Positions 10,067 to 19,806 of a DNA stretch of 64,000 nt are shown one piece after another. Origin of the DNA: an uncultured Bacilli bacterium (GTDB taxonomy: Bacteria; Bacillota_I; Bacilli_A; RF39; UBA660). Position 1 is the stretch's first letter, and each line of letters opens with the position of its first letter. Location of the stretch: positions 64,585-128,584 of the forward strand of contig CALVJR010000001.1 of NCBI GenBank assembly GCA_944332295.1. Direction: 5' to 3'. The translations under genes were made by a program, and so were the position numbers. The notes beneath the pieces are model-generated. The model made no database searches, was not told where the DNA came from, and saw only the letters and a program-made list of their open reading frames with translations.

Positions 10067-10719
10067 TGAATTTGAAAACACTAAATGATCTTTCGTACGG
10101 TATGTTTGTAATAACAACAAAAAAAGGAGATAAAAATGTAGGTTGCTTTATTAATACTGCAATGCAGATTACTTCTAAAAATCCAATCATTGCAATCAGT
10201 TTAAATAAAGAAAATTATACAAATGAAGTATTAAAAGAAACAAGAAAATGTGCATTATCAATTTTATCAGAGAAAACAAATCCAGAAATTATTTCTAAAT
10301 TTGGTTATTTTTCATCAAGAGAAATAGATAAATTTGAAAATATAAAATATAAAGATATGGATAGTATACCAGTAGTATTAGAAGATATTTGTAGTTATAT
10401 CATTGGTGAAGTAATTCGAGTAATAGATGTAGAAACACATGATATTTTTCTAATTCGATTAAAACAAGCAGAAAAAGTATCAGAAGAAACTCCAATGACA
10501 TATAAATATTATCATGAAAATCTAAAAGGAAAAGCTCCAGAAAAAGCACCAACATATCAAGAGGAAAATGAAGAAGAAACAACTAGTAATCGTTATCAAT
10601 GCAGTATTTGTGGATACATATATGACGATAGTAAAGAAGAAGTAAAGTTTGAAGACTTACCAGAGGATTGGACCTGTCCATTATGTGGAGTAGGGAAAGA
10701 TAAATTTATAAAGTTATAA
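10066..10719 (+). CDS. Flavin reductase-like domain fused to rubredoxin (high-molecular-weight rubredoxin)
   Basis: N-terminal flavin-reductase fold ([29 protein letters not shown]). C-terminal rubredoxin ([11 protein letters not shown]...[14 protein letters not shown]). Start overlaps the dfx stop (TAATG). Confidence 0.88.
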   Translation: MNLKTLNDLSYGMFVITTKKGDKNVGCFINTAMQITSKNPIIAISLNKENYTNEVLKETRKCALSILSEKTNPEIISKFGYFSSREIDKFENIKYKDMDSIPVVLEDICSYIIGEVIRVIDVETHDIFLIRLKQAEKVSEETPMTYKYYHENLKGKAPEKAPTYQEENEEETTSNRYQCSICGYIYDDSKEEVKFEDLPEDWTCPLCGVGKDKFIKL

Positions 10720-10744
10720 TAGAACAGTAATGTTCTATTTTTTT
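10719..10744 (+). terminator. Rho-independent terminator of the dfx/rubredoxin unit
   Basis: ATAGAACA-GTAA-TGTTCTAT hairpin followed by a T-run. Confidence 0.8.
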
Positions 10745-10746
10745 GC

Positions 10747-10772
10747 AAAAAAAAGCAAGTATAAACTTGCTT
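10747..10772 (-). terminator. Rho-independent terminator of the LCP gene
   Basis: On the minus strand, an AAGCAAGT-TTAT-ACTTGCTT hairpin followed by T8. Confidence 0.8.
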
Positions 10773-10776
10773 AACT

Positions 10777-12822
10777 TTATTCACTAGGTGCTTCAGGATC
10801 AATAGGTGGATCTGGAAGGTCTGTCTCTGGCGGATCTGGATCTGGATCTGGTGGTTCTGGTTCTGTAGTTTCTGGCTTCTTGACACAAGTACCAGTAGAA
10901 CTATCCCATACATATCCATCTTTACAGCTCTGAGGTAAAGTTGTATTATCATCTTTTTCATCTGTCTCATCTTCTTCATCTTCGGTATCAGAATTGCTAC
11001 TACCACCTAGCGTTAATGTCACACTTCCTCGAATTTTGTCGATTCTTTTGCCGGCAGGATACTCCTGATCGATAACGTATCCATTACCACCTACAAAATT
11101 AACTGTAATACCTAAACGACTAGCAGTAGCTCTGGCTTGTGCCTCGCTATCACCAGTAAAGTCAGGTAATAAAGTATATAGATTACCAGATTTATAAGGA
11201 CCATATCCTATAATTTCTTTTTCATAAGGTTCATTGATAGAGAAACTAAATTCAGTAATAACTTCATGTTCTGCTAATTCAAGATTTTCTTTCATAGCTT
11301 GAATAACATCTTTTCTACTTTGTTGATTAGGTACATAGTTATACAATACCATTCTCATTCTTTCATCATAAATCATTTGACCATTACCTTGTAAATATAA
11401 TTGTTGAATATTTACTAAGTTAGAGTCATCAGTTGCTAAACTACGTTTAACAATATCCTTACCAACATTATAGAATGATAAGATTTGTTTTGTAGTTAAG
11501 TTAGTATCTAAACTATTAGAAACCATATTTAAAATATCCATAAAAGTAGTAACTTCAGTAATAGATTTCATCCTATTAATTAAAGCCATAACAATCTCTT
11601 GTTGATGTTGTCCACGTCCAAAATCACCATTAACAAGCTGTTTTCTATTTCTTGCATAAACTAATGCTTGTTCACCATTTAAAGTCTGTTGTCCTGGATA
11701 AATACAAATTGTATTACCACGAGAAGAATCATCAGTACATAATTCTTGTTCCACATTAATATCGACACCACCAACAGCATCAACTAATTTAACTAATCCT
11801 TTAAAATTAATCTTAGCATAATAATCAATATTAACATCAAAATAATCTTCAATAGTTTGCATCATACAATCTGTTCCATATCCTGCAGCGTGAGTAATTT
11901 TATTCTCAGCTTTATCACTCCAACAAGCAATTGGAACATAACTATCACGAGGAATAGAAATCATAGTAGCATTTAAAGTTTTTGGATTAAAAGTAATTAA
12001 AATTAGAGTATCCCCATTAGCTATAGCATTTTTACTTAATACTTCATCTGTAGAATCAATTCCCATGAGTAAGATAGTAAATGGTTCAGTAATAGAGTTA
12101 CCACTAGATTTTGTTTCAAATTTAGATGTTTCAGCTTTTTTCATTTTTTTATCTTTGGAAAGAATAACTTTAGTATCTGTTGCAATACTTTCATATCCAG
12201 TGACACCAGAATACATGTCTACATAGTTATTTGTAATAAATATAGCATCAATTTCTCCTGCGTATAAATCGACTAACATACTAGAATAATCATCATAGTT
12301 TTTAATTTCGTTACTATCTTGTAGTTTATTTTCTTTAATCATCTCTTGTGGAATAATATATCCATCAGGAGATTTTTTATCATTTAAAATACCAATAGTG
12401 TAATCCTTAATATCATCAATACTATTTGCCTCATTAGAACTCATAACAACTAAATCAGAAGTATAAGTAACAAACTCTTTATTGATATTATCTAATTGTC
12501 CATACACATAAGCAATAACAAGTCCTACAGCAAAACAAATAATAGAATAAATAACCATAAAAGAAATTAATCCAATACGTTTAGAGTGCTTCTTTTTTCG
12601 TTTTTTACAAGCAGACCGGACTTTAATTAATAGTATCAAATCAATAAGTATTAAAACACCAATAACGATATAACGCAGTACATTTTCAATAGAGCTAAGT
12701 AAAAAAATCTCATAAATAGCAAATGCACTAGCAAGCAATGCCAGCACTAAAAAAATATATAATACAAATCTAAATTTTACTTTTCTCTCTCTTGGTTCAT
12801 TTTCATGTTCATTTTTAGCCAT
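10777..12822 (-). CDS. LytR-CpsA-Psr (LCP) family glycopolymer transferase with C-terminal PASTA-like domain and Pro-rich tail
   Basis: TM helices, then LCP core (FTILLMGIDS...GDTLILITFNPKTLNATMISIPRDSYV...). A PASTA-like module follows (LPDFTGDSEAQARATASRLGITVNFVGGNGYVIDQEYPAGKRI...). ATG 12822 lies 5 nt after GGGAGG; the tracked start 12849 is less likely. Confidence 0.88.
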   Translation of the reverse strand: MAKNEHENEPRERKVKFRFVLYIFLVLALLASAFAIYEIFLLSSIENVLRYIVIGVLILIDLILLIKVRSACKKRKKKHSKRIGLISFMVIYSIICFAVGLVIAYVYGQLDNINKEFVTYTSDLVVMSSNEANSIDDIKDYTIGILNDKKSPDGYIIPQEMIKENKLQDSNEIKNYDDYSSMLVDLYAGEIDAIFITNNYVDMYSGVTGYESIATDTKVILSKDKKMKKAETSKFETKSSGNSITEPFTILLMGIDSTDEVLSKNAIANGDTLILITFNPKTLNATMISIPRDSYVPIACWSDKAENKITHAAGYGTDCMMQTIEDYFDVNIDYYAKINFKGLVKLVDAVGGVDINVEQELCTDDSSRGNTICIYPGQQTLNGEQALVYARNRKQLVNGDFGRGQHQQEIVMALINRMKSITEVTTFMDILNMVSNSLDTNLTTKQILSFYNVGKDIVKRSLATDDSNLVNIQQLYLQGNGQMIYDERMRMVLYNYVPNQQSRKDVIQAMKENLELAEHEVITEFSFSINEPYEKEIIGYGPYKSGNLYTLLPDFTGDSEAQARATASRLGITVNFVGGNGYVIDQEYPAGKRIDKIRGSVTLTLGGSSNSDTEDEEDETDEKDDNTTLPQSCKDGYVWDSSTGTCVKKPETTEPEPPDPDPDPPETDLPDPPIDPEAPSE

Positions 12823-13034
12823 AATTACCTCCCGTATGAAAATACTCATCTAGCTTTTATTATTATATCTAAAAATACTTATTTTATCAACCCAAAGACG
12901 GGAATTGTAATAAAAAAGTGTAATAAAAGTGTAATGTAAAATAGTGTAAAAAATGTCGAAAAAAGATAAAATTAAAAAGAAAGACAGTAGATATATTGTA
13001 TAATATAATTGAGAAAATATAAGGAGGGTAAAAG

Positions 13035-16000
13035 ATGAAAAGGAAAATATTGTTCTTAAGTCTAATAGTACTAGGAATACTATTATATCCAAAAGACACA
13101 TACGCTTTTTCCTCTGCAAACTATGAATATAAATCTTTATGTGGGAATTTTGAAGTAGCAGGAATGCATACAGATGGAGTAATAGATCCAGTAGCTTGTT
13201 TTAATAGCTTTGATGAAGCTAAGAATTTTATGAAAAGTAATGGTGCAGATGACCTAGTTGTCTTTGGCAAAGTAGCAGGTAAGACTAAAATATTAGATGC
13301 CAATGTTGCTTTACTAGATTTGAGTGTAAATCCAACCGCACTAACTTATTTTTATACAAATAGCAATTTAACAGGTTCATCTTATACTTATATGGATACA
13401 GGTTCCCTATACGGAGGAGTAGATGGAGCTTTACTAGATTCCAGTTACTCTAATGTAAAAGGAGTCTATACAGCGAAAGTAAAAATAGGTAATTTTACTG
13501 GCTGGATATCACAAGAAGCTTATGAAGTAGTACCAATTACCTGGGTAAAATCATCAAGTAGCTATACCGTGACAAATGAAAGTATTAAACATAACTATGT
13601 GAATAAAATTCAAGAAACATTTACAGGAAGTAAAGGTAGTATCATAGGACCAAAGCCAGAAATGTTATCTCCAGGAACATATTATAGTTACGATGGAAAG
13701 TATTTCTACACAGATAGAACAACAATGATAAAAGATTATAAAAATGGTAATTATAACAATGCTGTAAATAAAAATAATGAGTATTATAACTATTATATGT
13801 ATTTATCAAATCACACAAGAACAAGTTATTCGAGTCAAAATATAGATGAATATATTAGAAACAATATGGGAATATCACAGGATGTTTATGGAAATGCCAG
13901 TAATGGTTCAAACTCTAGACTTTATGGAAAAGGAATTTTTTATTACTATGCCCAAGAAAAATATGGAGTAAATGCCATTCTTTCTCTAAGTCTAAGTAGA
14001 AATGAAACTTCTCATGGACGAAGTAATCTAGCGATTAATAAAAATAACGGTTTTGGACTAAATGCAGTAGACAGTTCACCTACAGAGTCTGCAAACTGGT
14101 ATGCATCGTATGCAAGTAGTATTTTAGGGTATGCATCTAAATGGATTACTTACGGATATGCCCATCCAAGAGACTGGCGTTACTTCGGACCACAATTTGG
14201 TGATAAGTGGATTGGAATGAATGTAAAATATGCATCAGATACATATTGGAGCGAAAAAATGGCAGCCCAATATTATTCCTTAGATAAAGCCAAAGGATTA
14301 CAGGACTATAACTTCTATCAATTAGGAGTAGTAACAAGACAAGTAAATGCTATGAGTGATGCTAACAATAGTTCTAAGTTTGTTTATTCTTATCCAGAAG
14401 CAGAAGATGCAGTAGTCATTGTTGGAGAAAAACAAGGAGAAGCTGTAGAAGGAAATACTACTTGGTATAAAGTAGTAAGCGATTTAAATATAGATAGTAA
14501 TTTTAATGAAATAACATCAGGAGATTATAACTGGGATGGTTATGTATATATTCCAGCAGCCTATGTAAAAAAGATTAACCGAGGTAAAAATGGATATATC
14601 TCTCCAAATGAAGTAACAGAATATCAAGATAAAGATTATGAATATGACTTATATGTAGAAGAGACTACTCTAAAACCAAAAGTAGCGAAGACAGTGAAAC
14701 AAACAGAATATTATTATGATTCTGCATTAACTGTAAAAAGAGATCAAGTATTATTAAATAATCGATATGTTATGGTTTATACGGCAGCCTATGATAAAAA
14801 TGGAGTACCAGTATCTTACTTAGTAACATCAGATTATTGGTATGATCAAAAACACTGGGTACCAGCAGATAGTATTAGCTTTATTAGTAGTGATTACGGT
14901 AAATTCTCAGTAACAGCTGCTGGTAATCAATATACCTGGGTAAATAGTAAACCAGAAGATACGAAGGCAACACTAATTAGTGGACATTATCATAATTCTT
15001 ATGCACCAATATTAGAAGAGACCGTAGTAGATGGTTATACTTGGTATAAAGTACCAGTAAACTTAAGTGGAACGGCAAATGAATTTGGTTGGACTTTAGC
15101 ATCTGCTCCAAATGTATATGTAGAAAAACTTCATAGTGAAAGCGTAAATACGCCACCAGTAATCGTTGCAGAAAATAAAACAATCGTACAAGGTACAAAA
15201 TTTGACTATCGAAAAGATGTATCCGCAACAGATCCAGAAGATGGCGACTTAACAAAAGAAATTGAAATAGTAGAAGAAACCGTAAAAGTAGATGAAGTAG
15301 GTACTTATGAAGTAACATACAAAGTAACAGATAAAAATAACATTACAACAACCAAAACAATTACTGTTACCGTAACAGAAAATAAAAAACCAGTAATCAC
15401 TGCCGAAGATAAAGAAGTAATTCAAGGTAGAAAATTAGATGAACTAGAAGGTGTAAGTGCAACAGATGAAGAAGATGGCCAAGTAGAAGTAAGAGTAAAA
15501 GAAAGTACTGTAAACTTAGAAGAACCTGGTAGGTATACAATTACTTATGAAGCAACCGATTCTTATAAACAAAGGGCAGAAAAAACAATCACAGTAACAG
15601 TCATAAAAGATGAAGCTCCAATAATAAATGCCGAAGATAAAACGATTACACAAGGTACAAAGTTTAATCCTCTAGAAGGAATTACCGCCGAAGATAAAGA
15701 AGATGGAGAAATTAAAGAGATTGAAGTAGTAACAAATGACGTAAAAGAAAATAAACCTGGAGAATATGAAGTTACTTATAAAGTAGTAGATAGTTTTAAC
15801 AATGAAACGAAAAAAACAATTACTGTAACCGTAGTAGAAAACCAAAAACCAGTAATAAATGCCGAAAATAAGACAATCTACTTAAATGAAGAATTTGATC
15901 CATTAGAAGATGTAACAGCTATTGATCCAGAGGATGGAAAAATAAAAGAAATCGAAGTAATTGAAAATAATGTAAAAATAGAAGAAGTAGGAGAGTACAA

Positions 16001-17009
16001 AGTAATATATCAAGTAGAAGACTCTTTCGGTAATGTTGTAACAAAAGAAATCACAGTAACAGTAGAAGAGAAAAGATTAGAAGAAAGAGAAGGACTATAT
16101 TACTTTGACTCGCTAAAAGAAGTAAAAAATAAATTACAAATCAAAGGTTATCATGCCATAAAAGGAATTGATCATACCTTAGAGGAAGAAATATCATTCT
16201 ATTTAGTATTGAAAAACTTAACAACAGAAGAAGAATTTACGCAAGAACTAAATAGAATCACAGACAAAGAGGAAATCACAAGACCAGTATTCAGTAATGA
16301 TGGAAAAGATTATACTTATTCATGGTACAAAGGAAATATTGATATTGATGAATTACCTGATGGGGATTATGAACTTTATATTGTAACAGAAAGTCACGAT
16401 TATTATGCAAGAACAAGAATCAATAATAAAGTCTTAAAAGACCAAGTAGCAGAGTTTACAAGTGAAAAAACAGTAACGACAAGAAACGACTATCGTAATC
16501 CAGAAATGCCTCTACAATTTGTAATTAGAAGCAAAAAAATTGCTGATAAGACAGCAGATAGTGTTTATAATCAATATACTCAATATCGTACTTTCACGGT
16601 AGAAGATAATAAATTACATATCAAAGGTACAGCTTATTCTATAGGAATGAATCTAGCAGAATCCGAAAAAGTAAATAGACAAATTATCTTTGAAAATCAA
16701 GAAAACTATAAAACATATAGTTATGATTTAGGAAGTATAACAGATGGTATGTACAAAGTAGGAGCAACACTAAATGATGGATTAGATAAAACTAGAGCTT
16801 GGTTTGATAGTACAATAGATATTTCAAATATTCCAAAAGGAACATATACTATCTATATCGCAACAAAAAGTAATGTTAGTGATTATAGTGAATTAACAGA
16901 ACTTCTATCTAGAAACTTAGATGATGTAGTATTAAATATAGATGGAAAAACCTACAGCTTTACAATTGATACAAACGAAAGATATAGAATAGAAATGAAT
17001 GTAGAATAA
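13035..17009 (+). CDS. Large secreted cell-wall hydrolase (GH73-type N-acetylglucosaminidase) with SH3-like and Ig-like repeat domains
   Basis: Signal peptide (ILFLSLIVLGILLYPKDTYA). Glucosaminidase-like core (YYYAQEKYGVNAILSLSLSRNETSHGRSNLAINKNNGFGLNA). SH3b-like GNTTWYKV / DGYTWYKV segments, four ~77-aa Ig-like repeats and two C-terminal related beta domains. Confidence 0.85.
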   Translation: MKRKILFLSLIVLGILLYPKDTYAFSSANYEYKSLCGNFEVAGMHTDGVIDPVACFNSFDEAKNFMKSNGADDLVVFGKVAGKTKILDANVALLDLSVNPTALTYFYTNSNLTGSSYTYMDTGSLYGGVDGALLDSSYSNVKGVYTAKVKIGNFTGWISQEAYEVVPITWVKSSSSYTVTNESIKHNYVNKIQETFTGSKGSIIGPKPEMLSPGTYYSYDGKYFYTDRTTMIKDYKNGNYNNAVNKNNEYYNYYMYLSNHTRTSYSSQNIDEYIRNNMGISQDVYGNASNGSNSRLYGKGIFYYYAQEKYGVNAILSLSLSRNETSHGRSNLAINKNNGFGLNAVDSSPTESANWYASYASSILGYASKWITYGYAHPRDWRYFGPQFGDKWIGMNVKYASDTYWSEKMAAQYYSLDKAKGLQDYNFYQLGVVTRQVNAMSDANNSSKFVYSYPEAEDAVVIVGEKQGEAVEGNTTWYKVVSDLNIDSNFNEITSGDYNWDGYVYIPAAYVKKINRGKNGYISPNEVTEYQDKDYEYDLYVEETTLKPKVAKTVKQTEYYYDSALTVKRDQVLLNNRYVMVYTAAYDKNGVPVSYLVTSDYWYDQKHWVPADSISFISSDYGKFSVTAAGNQYTWVNSKPEDTKATLISGHYHNSYAPILEETVVDGYTWYKVPVNLSGTANEFGWTLASAPNVYVEKLHSESVNTPPVIVAENKTIVQGTKFDYRKDVSATDPEDGDLTKEIEIVEETVKVDEVGTYEVTYKVTDKNNITTTKTITVTVTENKKPVITAEDKEVIQGRKLDELEGVSATDEEDGQVEVRVKESTVNLEEPGRYTITYEATDSYKQRAEKTITVTVIKDEAPIINAEDKTITQGTKFNPLEGITAEDKEDGEIKEIEVVTNDVKENKPGEYEVTYKVVDSFNNETKKTITVTVVENQKPVINAENKTIYLNEEFDPLEDVTAIDPEDGKIKEIEVIENNVKIEEVGEYKVIYQVEDSFGNVVTKEITVTVEEKRLEEREGLYYFDSLKEVKNKLQIKGYHAIKGIDHTLEEEISFYLVLKNLTTEEEFTQELNRITDKEEITRPVFSNDGKDYTYSWYKGNIDIDELPDGDYELYIVTESHDYYARTRINNKVLKDQVAEFTSEKTVTTRNDYRNPEMPLQFVIRSKKIADKTADSVYNQYTQYRTFTVEDNKLHIKGTAYSIGMNLAESEKVNRQIIFENQENYKTYSYDLGSITDGMYKVGATLNDGLDKTRAWFDSTIDISNIPKGTYTIYIATKSNVSDYSELTELLSRNLDDVVLNIDGKTYSFTIDTNERYRIEMNVE
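15152..16072 (+). repeat. Four tandem ~230-nt coding repeats (Ig-like domains) inside the autolysin gene
   Basis: Repeat pattern P[VI]I.AE[DN]K.I.QG.KF[DN]P.EG[VI][ST]A.D.EDG....I....V......G.Y.VTY.V.D......K.ITVTV occurs 4 times. Confidence 0.85.
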
Positions 17010-17036
17010 GGAGTCTCATAAGAGACTTCTTTCTTT
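17010..17036 (+). terminator. Rho-independent terminator
   Basis: GGAGTCTC-ATAA-GAGACTTC hairpin followed by TTTCTTT. Confidence 0.7.
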
Positions 17037-17087
17037 ACATAGCAACAAAAAAATAATATAATATATACATCACGAAAGGACGATACT

Positions 17088-17612
17088 ATGAGAAATTACT
17101 ACGAACTACTAGGTATAAGTATAAACGCAACAAAACAGGAAATAAGGGAAGCTTATCATAAGCAAGCAAGAAAATACCATCCAGATAATAATCCAGGACA
17201 AGATACCACAGATATAATGCAAGAATTAACACTAGCATACAACACATTATGCAATGTGAATAGTAGAAGACAATATGATGCTACTTTGAAGCATCAGCAC
17301 CGAACATCAACATCTTATAGCACAGGATATAGTAGTAAGAAACAGAACACTAATGATTTTTGGAGTGCTGTGGACGAAGTTATGAGAAAAAATCAAGAAG
17401 CACAAGCTAGAATGAAAAAACAACAACAAGAACGAGAAGAAAGAATGAGGAAAGCTCAAGAAGAAATGATAAGAAAATATATTAAGTTTTATAGTGATGA
17501 TATAGTATATAATATGAATAATAAACAAAAGTTTATAAAACCAGAAAATATTAATGTTACATATGATATTGAAAATGACAAATCAAAAGTAAAAATAAAG
17601 AACTTTAAATAA
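17088..17612 (+). CDS. J-domain (DnaJ-like) protein
   Basis: YYELLGISINATKQEIREAYHKQARKYHPDNNPG with an HPD motif. The rest is a charged low-complexity/coiled region with no Zn-finger or DnaJ C-domain. Confidence 0.8.
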   Translation: MRNYYELLGISINATKQEIREAYHKQARKYHPDNNPGQDTTDIMQELTLAYNTLCNVNSRRQYDATLKHQHRTSTSYSTGYSSKKQNTNDFWSAVDEVMRKNQEAQARMKKQQQEREERMRKAQEEMIRKYIKFYSDDIVYNMNNKQKFIKPENINVTYDIENDKSKVKIKNFK

Positions 17613-17618
17613 AAAAAG

Positions 17619-17657
17619 AGTGATGTAAACTGAAATAACAGTATTACATCACTTTTT
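17619..17657. terminator. Bidirectional terminator between convergent genes
   Basis: 10-bp stem AGTGATGTAA/TTACATCACT flanked by an A-run upstream and a T-run downstream. Confidence 0.8.
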
Positions 17658-19677
17658 AATTTTGTTGTATTTTTAATGTATAAGTATCACAATGATTAAG
17701 AGCATGAGCATCAATTTCGCCACTATTTACTAAAAGACCAACACCAGGACCACTAGATACATATTGACAAGAGAATTGAACATTAGGATAAGCTGCCTTT
17801 ATATTAGCACAAGTAGTAGTAGGGTTACTAGAAATTAATTCATCGTAAATATACACCATAGTAGTTTTACTACGATCACAACTAGGAGTAGGATCAGGTG
17901 TAGGGCTAGGAGTATCATTTGAACCAGAATTATCATTATCACTAGAAGAACCATTGCCAGAACCAGAATTAGAATTAGAACTATTAGAATTATCTTCTTC
18001 ACGATATTCTGTTTGTTTACCATTACTTAAAGTAACAGTAATCGTAGTCCCATCACTTACAGTACTACCAGCACTAATAGATTGTTTAATAACAGTATTT
18101 TTTTCTTTAGTACTATTTTGCATAACAAAATTATAATTCAATCCAACTTCCTCTAAAGCATCAATTGCTTCTTTCTTACTCATACCAATGATATTTGGAA
18201 CTTTTCTTTCTTCACCATCAGAAATAGTAACAATAATGCTATCTCCATTTTTAATAACATCACCTTTTTTATAAGAATAAGAAATAACTTCTCCCTGAGA
18301 AACATCTTTACTAAACTCATGTTTTTCTTCATAAGAAATACCATATTTATCAGCCCAGCTTCTAAACTCTTCTAAAGTCTTAAACTCTCTCATAACAAGA
18401 CTACCTTTAGAAATAACTACTTTAATAACTGTACCTTGTTCTACTTCATCACCTTTATGATAGTTCGCATCAATTACCTGATTTTCTTTAACAGAGTCAT
18501 CATATTGATCAGTAAATTCTAATTTTAACTTATTTTCAATGACCCATTCTGTAATTTCTACCATAGTCATTTTTTTCAAATTAGGAATCTTTATACTTTT
18601 ACCTTTACTAATAGTAAGAACTAAATGATTATCGCTATTAACGGGAACCGTATCGCCAGCTTCTATACTTTGACCAGCGACTTTACCACGTTCTATTTTC
18701 TTAGAAAAATCTCTTTCAATATCATAAGAGATACGATGCTGTTTTAAATAGAAGACTGCTTCAAACTCACTCTTACCAGTTAAGTCAATAACTTGAACAT
18801 CACTATTATCTAATTCTTCACCTAAAGAAAAAGTAAGCCTCATCTCATCACTACGCTTCATACTACCAGTTGCACTTTGTTCAATCACGGTATCTTTTGC
18901 TTTATCGGATTCAATAAATTCAACATCTACATTAGTTAAATAATTATCTTCTACATAACGAATTACACGGTCACTATCCCAACCATCCATATCTGGAACA
19001 ATAATTTCCTTATCAGGATTAGGACCTTCACTAACCGCAATTTCCAACTCTTCAATATCCTTAATCTTACTATTACTATCATAATTTTGAGAAATAATAC
19101 TATAAGCTGGGACCATATCACTATATTCATAATCTTGTACTAAAGTAACATTATTTTTTGCTGCCCAGGAAACTACTTCAGTTAGACTTTTCCCAGTAAA
19201 ATCTTCTAAATAGCCAAAAGAAGGAATAGTAATAATATTTGTTAAAGTCAAACTTCCAAAGATATTAAATACTAATAAGAAAAAACTTCCTAAAAACATA
19301 GTTCCTTTTTTTCTATTAGGGTTTGTAATACATATAGATACAAATAGAATAGAAAAAAACACTAATACAACACTACTAATTAATGTAGTAAAAAAAGAGT
19401 TATGATTTTGTCCAAAACTTAAAGTAATAAAAAAATATACCAAACTACTAAGTAGTGTCAAAAACAAGAAGAAGTTAAGAAACGGATGTTTTTTCTCTTT
19501 ACGCAAATTTACACCTCCAGGTTCTTCTTTTCTAGACTCTTTATTATGATAAGAGGTATCCTTATTTTTATCATATTTTTGATAATTATTTTTAGAACGA
19601 TTTTGATATTCATTCCTAGGATAATTAGTATTATTATTTCTTCTATAATTATTATTTTTATGATTATTCTGTCCCAT
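17656..19677 (-). CDS. Membrane protein with six PASTA-like modules and a Cys-containing C-terminal domain (no kinase or PBP domain)
   Basis: Asn/Lys-rich cytoplasmic N-terminus and 4 TM segments. Six ~65-aa modules fit the PASTA pattern (e.g. VPNIIGMSKKEAIDALEEVGLNYNFVMQ...VIKQSISAGSTV). An S/N/G linker and a 4-Cys terminal domain follow. RBS AAGGGTGG. Confidence 0.8.
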   Translation of the reverse strand: MGQNNHKNNNYRRNNNTNYPRNEYQNRSKNNYQKYDKNKDTSYHNKESRKEEPGGVNLRKEKKHPFLNFFLFLTLLSSLVYFFITLSFGQNHNSFFTTLISSVVLVFFSILFVSICITNPNRKKGTMFLGSFFLLVFNIFGSLTLTNIITIPSFGYLEDFTGKSLTEVVSWAAKNNVTLVQDYEYSDMVPAYSIISQNYDSNSKIKDIEELEIAVSEGPNPDKEIIVPDMDGWDSDRVIRYVEDNYLTNVDVEFIESDKAKDTVIEQSATGSMKRSDEMRLTFSLGEELDNSDVQVIDLTGKSEFEAVFYLKQHRISYDIERDFSKKIERGKVAGQSIEAGDTVPVNSDNHLVLTISKGKSIKIPNLKKMTMVEITEWVIENKLKLEFTDQYDDSVKENQVIDANYHKGDEVEQGTVIKVVISKGSLVMREFKTLEEFRSWADKYGISYEEKHEFSKDVSQGEVISYSYKKGDVIKNGDSIIVTISDGEERKVPNIIGMSKKEAIDALEEVGLNYNFVMQNSTKEKNTVIKQSISAGSTVSDGTTITVTLSNGKQTEYREEDNSNSSNSNSGSGNGSSSDNDNSGSNDTPSPTPDPTPSCDRSKTTMVYIYDELISSNPTTTCANIKAAYPNVQFSCQYVSSGPGVGLLVNSGEIDAHALNHCDTYTLKIQQN

Positions 19678-19806
19678 ATTACCACCCTTATAATCTTATA
19701 TACTTATTATATAATAGTAAGAAAAAAATAGAAACAAATTACAAAAACTAGACTGTAAAGTATACAAAAAAAGTAGAGTATGTTAAAATGAATTAAAGGT
19801 GAAATT

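Noticed and set aside
10596-11006. 136-aa minus-strand ORF overlapping the 3' end of the LCP gene and the intergenic terminators; also 12850-13119 and 12887-13099 in the divergent promoter region.
   Set aside because: It is out of frame with the real LCP gene and spans two terminator hairpins. The 12.9-kb ORFs cover promoter DNA and have implausible Phe/Leu/Ile-rich sequences.
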